This document shows positions 60,406 to 64,000 of a DNA stretch of 64,000 nucleotides, one piece after another. The stretch's first letter is position 1. Every line of letters starts with the position of its first letter. The translations under genes and the position numbers were made by a program. The DNA lies in IMG/VR virus record IMGVR_UViG_3300037189_015081, positions 1 to 64,000 of that record. One strand, written 5' to 3'. Below the pieces are notes generated by a model. That model did no database searches and was not told where the DNA came from. It was given only the letters and a program-made list of their open reading frames with translations. Source of the DNA: a virus.

Positions 60406-61048
60406 CGTGCTAATCGCAACACCAGGAAGAATGCTGCACGCCGAATACGTGCAGTCCCTTGTCGAAACCTGTGCAGCACTCGACCAGCAACACATCACAT
60501 ACAAGTTCCTGAACAAATACTCGAGCCTTGTTGCGTCCGCTCGTGAACTCACAATCCTGGACTCGTACTCACATGAGTACGGACGGGTCAATGAGGTTGC
60601 GTCCGGGAAATACAAGTACAAGAAGATCATGTGGATCGACTCGGATATCTCATGGGAACCGCACGAGTTTCTGAGACTCTACCAGAGCGACAAGGACATC
60701 ATCGGTGGACTCTATCAGACGGGTCCAGACGGAACGGTCGCCGTGTCAATGAACGACAAAAACGGGAACCCGAGATTTGTGAACAAGAGCGAGTTCATCC
60801 TTGACGCTGAACCGATCAAGGTAGACGGGTTAGGTTTCGGCTTCCTGTGTGTCGGTGCAGGTGTCTTTGAAAAGATGCAGCGACCATGGTTCAAGACGAG
60901 AACAATGCAGTGGCCGGACGTTCCATACGAGACTGATATGGGTGAGGACTACTCCTGGTGTGTTGGCGCCAAGGATGCTGGTTTCGATATTTGGCTCGAC
61001 CCGCTTGTGAATGTTGAGCACCACAAGGAAACCATCTACATGATATAA
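60374..61048 (+). CDS. GT-A fold glycosyltransferase
   Basis: IATP, WIDSDI, G.GF, RPWF, GED.S.C, G..IW.DP...V.H. Confidence 0.75.
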   Translation: MLTPKMQQNFDVLIATPGRMLHAEYVQSLVETCAALDQQHITYKFLNKYSSLVASARELTILDSYSHEYGRVNEVASGKYKYKKIMWIDSDISWEPHEFLRLYQSDKDIIGGLYQTGPDGTVAVSMNDKNGNPRFVNKSEFILDAEPIKVDGLGFGFLCVGAGVFEKMQRPWFKTRTMQWPDVPYETDMGEDYSWCVGAKDAGFDIWLDPLVNVEHHKETIYMI

Positions 61049-61055
61049 TAGAATC

Positions 61056-61430
61056 ATGAATGACGAACAAGAGCTGACCGCTGAGGCGGAGGCAAAAACC
61101 GAACCGACAAAACCAATCAAACCACGACGCACATCAAATGACGACCCTGCCGGGTACAAAGGTGGACGACGCGTAACACGCCAATCCCGATGCGGATGGT
61201 GCATGGACGACCTGCACGAAAAATGCAAACACGAAATCGCGCACTTCGACAAGCTCAGCATTTGCGCCTGCGACTGCAACAATGACTGGACACCACGCGA
61301 CCTTGGTAGCGGTGAAATCATCGACACTCCACGACCAGCAGTCGAGGACTTGGACAGCGAAGACGATGATGAAACCCAGGAACCAGCAGCATCCAAGCCA
61401 CACACCGTGAGACGCAAGACGACGCACTAA
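61056..61430 (+). CDS. Hypothetical Cys-rich protein
   Basis: CGWC...H..C...CACDC; TATAAT-N6-ATG. Confidence 0.6.
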   Translation: MNDEQELTAEAEAKTEPTKPIKPRRTSNDDPAGYKGGRRVTRQSRCGWCMDDLHEKCKHEIAHFDKLSICACDCNNDWTPRDLGSGEIIDTPRPAVEDLDSEDDDETQEPAASKPHTVRRKTTH

Positions 61431-61607
61431 CGCGAGCAGTTATATACTTCTGTTTCTGAGGAGCCGAAACGGCCTCCCTGTCTCCCCTCTTTGCGCCAGA
61501 ACCCTTGGAGTGTCCGCGTTTTTTCGTTTTGTACAACTCGGGTGTTTTCGTGGTGTGAGTGTCTTCTTACCCTCCTCACCTTCCCGTGACCCTGGTACAC
61601 TGGTGGC

Positions 61608-62528
61608 ATGACAGAGCTGCGTAGTTTGTTTGGTGAACCTGAGGATGAGACCCCTGAGGTTCGCATTGATGAACCCGTGAATCTTCGCCCTGATCTTTCG
61701 GAGATCGGGATCGAGGAGGTGGAGCGTGGCGTGTGTGAGGACACGTACGAGAACCGCGGGATTCTTCGTCGTGCGAAGATGGGTTGGGACACGGTGTACT
61801 CCACGAATGGTGTACCGACCGGGTTGATCATGGCTCGCAGTTACGCGATGAACAAGGAGCGTCGTCTTCTTTCGCTCGCGGAGAAGAAACCTTTGCTGGT
61901 GGACCCGGATCATTTGAACTCTGATTACCTGACGGGTCTTGACCTGGTAGCGGAGGAGGCATCGGATTACCTGGTTCCACCTTGGGTTATTGGTGCGACA
62001 CGGATGTGGATCAAGGAGCAGGATGATCCGATCGCGACGGAGAAGCGGAAGCCAACGGCTTTACCTCATCGTTGTCGGGCGATCAAGGATGACGGGATCC
62101 GGTGTATGCTCTGGTCATCTGGTCGTCCAAAGGATGATGGTTTGTGCCGGATCCATCTTCGCCATGTGAATAAGCGACCGGGTGATGATATTGAGCGTGC
62201 CCGTGCGCGTTTGACGCAGGCTGCGCCTCACGCGGTTGATACCCTTGAGGAGCTGATGATCTACGCGACCTCGGAGCCGGTGAAGTTGAAGGCGGCGACG
62301 GAGATCCTGGATCGTGCTGGTGTTCGCGGCGGTGTGGAGTTTGACGCGAACGTGAAGGTGATGGATGCTCGACCGGCGGCACAGGTTATCGCGGAGCGTT
62401 TGCAGCGTCTTGCTGCTCCTGCCCTTGACGCGGCGGTTGATCTTGTCGGGGATGGAGTCACTGAAAACGGATCGGAACCTAATATCATTGACGCTGTGGT
62501 CATTGACTCCACAGAGGAGAACGGGTAA
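61608..62528 (+). CDS. Putative terminase small subunit-like / DNA-binding protein
   Basis: C....DG.RC...C..H Zn motif, then A...L.EL...SE.VKLKAA.EILDRAG as in phage TerS-like proteins. Confidence 0.45.
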   Translation: MTELRSLFGEPEDETPEVRIDEPVNLRPDLSEIGIEEVERGVCEDTYENRGILRRAKMGWDTVYSTNGVPTGLIMARSYAMNKERRLLSLAEKKPLLVDPDHLNSDYLTGLDLVAEEASDYLVPPWVIGATRMWIKEQDDPIATEKRKPTALPHRCRAIKDDGIRCMLWSSGRPKDDGLCRIHLRHVNKRPGDDIERARARLTQAAPHAVDTLEELMIYATSEPVKLKAATEILDRAGVRGGVEFDANVKVMDARPAAQVIAERLQRLAAPALDAAVDLVGDGVTENGSEPNIIDAVVIDSTEENG

Positions 62529-62690
62529 ATGGAACTTGATGGTGTTATCGCGGCTGCGGAAAAGGTTGCTGCCGGGTTGGAACGGGATGTTCAATTGGCG
62601 TCTACGCGCGAGGAGCATGTCCGGTTGACGGCTCGCTGGAACGAGGCCGTTGCCCTGGTGAATTTGCTCGTGGCGAATCAGCCGTCCTGA
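62529..62690 (+). CDS. Small helical hypothetical protein (not in ORF track)
   Basis: GAGGAG RBS; MELDGVIAAAEKVAAGLERDVQLASTREEH. Confidence 0.55.
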   Translation: MELDGVIAAAEKVAAGLERDVQLASTREEHVRLTARWNEAVALVNLLVANQPS

Positions 62691-62702
62691 TAGTATAAAC
62701 GT

Positions 62703-63479
62703 ATGTTTAAAGTGACGAATCGCACGGCCGTGTCCTTTCTGGAAGAGGCACGGGCGCAACTCGGGTACGTGGCTCGCCCGAACCGGGATAGTTTTTACGG
62801 TGGTCAGGTCGGGTATCAGAATCTCCCGTGGGACGGGTCGTTTATTGACGTTGTAGCACGGGTGGCCGGGGTATCGGACCGGGTGCCAGCGTGCGCGTAT
62901 AGCCCGAACGGGCTTGCCGGGTTTGTACGGGACGGGCGAGTGTACCCGAATCCGCAGCCCGGGGACGTCGTGTTTTTTACCTTTTCAACGGGCGCGAATT
63001 TTGAGGCTCCGCATGTGGGGATCGTGTCCGATGTTTCAGCCTGGCGAACACACCGGGTGTTTAAATCCATTGAGGGCATGGTTGCGTCGGGTAACCCGAA
63101 GGGTATTCCGACGAATGACGGGGTTTATGAGCGTGTTCGCTACGCGCATGAGGTGCTTGCTTTTGGACGCCCAGCCTGGGGGCGCAAAATAAGCTACCGG
63201 GTGACGGGTGATGTTTTACCTAAACCCGTGAAGTTTACGCATGTTCAGCCCGGGAACCGGAAACCTTTGCGTGCTGTGCGTCTGGTTCAGGACGCGTTGG
63301 CCTTGACGGTTGGGCTTGAAGGTTTTAGTGACGGGGTGTTTGACCCTGTTACGCGTTCCGGGTACGCGTCATGGCAACGATTGTTGGGGTATGTGGGTTC
63401 GGATGCGAATGGTGTACCTGACATGGAGTCATTGACCTTGCTTGGTTCGCGTACCGGGTTGTTTAGTGTTGCCCAGTGA
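62703..63479 (+). CDS. CHAP-like domain (catalytic Cys replaced by Asp) plus peptidoglycan-binding domain
   Basis: LGY, PWDGSFI, PGDVVFF, HVGIV, SIEGM; C-terminal V..VQ.AL...DG.F...T...WQ. Confidence 0.75.
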   Translation: MFKVTNRTAVSFLEEARAQLGYVARPNRDSFYGGQVGYQNLPWDGSFIDVVARVAGVSDRVPACAYSPNGLAGFVRDGRVYPNPQPGDVVFFTFSTGANFEAPHVGIVSDVSAWRTHRVFKSIEGMVASGNPKGIPTNDGVYERVRYAHEVLAFGRPAWGRKISYRVTGDVLPKPVKFTHVQPGNRKPLRAVRLVQDALALTVGLEGFSDGVFDPVTRSGYASWQRLLGYVGSDANGVPDMESLTLLGSRTGLFSVAQ

Positions 63480-63668
63480 ACTAGAACTGGAGTGGACTTA
63501 TGGACAGCTTCTAACTTCCCTGTGGGGTTACTAGGAAGTTGGTTTCGTGTCGCTGGCGCGTGTTATATAAATCCATGATATAACTGGCGCAAATTCCGCA
63601 AACACCTGATATAATTCTGTTATGGCGTTGCAACCCAGCATGCCTGTTGACGGAAGTGATATCACTAC

Positions 63669-64000
63669 ATGACAAATACCAAGATCGGATTCCACGAATC
63701 CCTTTTGAAGCGCAAGCGCGAGGCCGACGAGTTTCGCTCAATTGTTTTTGACGCGATCCTTGAGATCGGGCAGCCCGTGACGGTTGCCGAGGTTCAGGCG
63801 TATGTCGGGCAGGAACTCAACCGTGAGTTCAATCAGCCTCGCATTCGCTACGCCTTTGACGCGCTTGTCCTTGAAGGGAAACTTATTCACCGTAAGGAAA
63901 CCGCACAGGAGCGGGTGCTCCGTTTCAACGGGCGTACCCCGGTTGCGGGTGCGGCTGAGCTGTACTATCCGGCGCACATCTCCGGGATTGTCCCAGCCCG
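63669..64000 (+). CDS. Winged-helix-like protein, 3' truncated
   Basis: Open to the window end; FRSIVFDAILEIGQPVTVAEV...IRYAFDALV.EGKL; TGATATAAT promoter near 63608. Confidence 0.55.
   Translation, partial: MTNTKIGFHESLLKRKREADEFRSIVFDAILEIGQPVTVAEVQAYVGQELNREFNQPRIRYAFDALVLEGKLIHRKETAQERVLRFNGRTPVAGAAELYYPAHISGIVPA

Overview
This window is an internal segment of a large tailed dsDNA phage genome, and the host is most likely an actinobacterium. The host inference rests on WhiB, DUF3039-like and MSMEG_6728-like genes, many leaderless promoters and a Microbacteriaceae-type endolysin. Layout: tail tip genes (1-7 kb); a nucleotide-modification and replication block (7.9-27.7 kb); a small serine recombinase; tRNA-Thr and a ribonucleotide-reductase locus (29.4-31 kb); membrane, nuclease, thioredoxin and GT2-TPR genes; a second ~17 kb cluster of collagen-like and modular fibre genes (35.5-52 kb); an endolysin; small leftward genes; a repeat-rich intergenic region (59.2-59.7 kb); and a terminase-small-like gene plus a CHAP-like gene. 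Two systems stand out. (1) An unannotated 26-aa ORF (MNEQDTVGGYSIPVDPMDLLQCDSCQ) looks like a free-standing copy of the redox-active C-terminal tail of an RNR alpha subunit. It sits just before a tyrosyl-radical-less class Ic beta subunit and is flanked by structured RNA candidates. No alpha gene is in the window. (2) A complete T4-style cytosine hypermodification set is present: an Asp-type dCMP hydroxymethylase-like enzyme, a kinase fused to a UDG-fold domain, a gp56-like dCTPase and two BGT-like glycosyltransferases, all in a PolA-encoding actinophage. All family assignments were made by eye from motifs, and no database searches were run.
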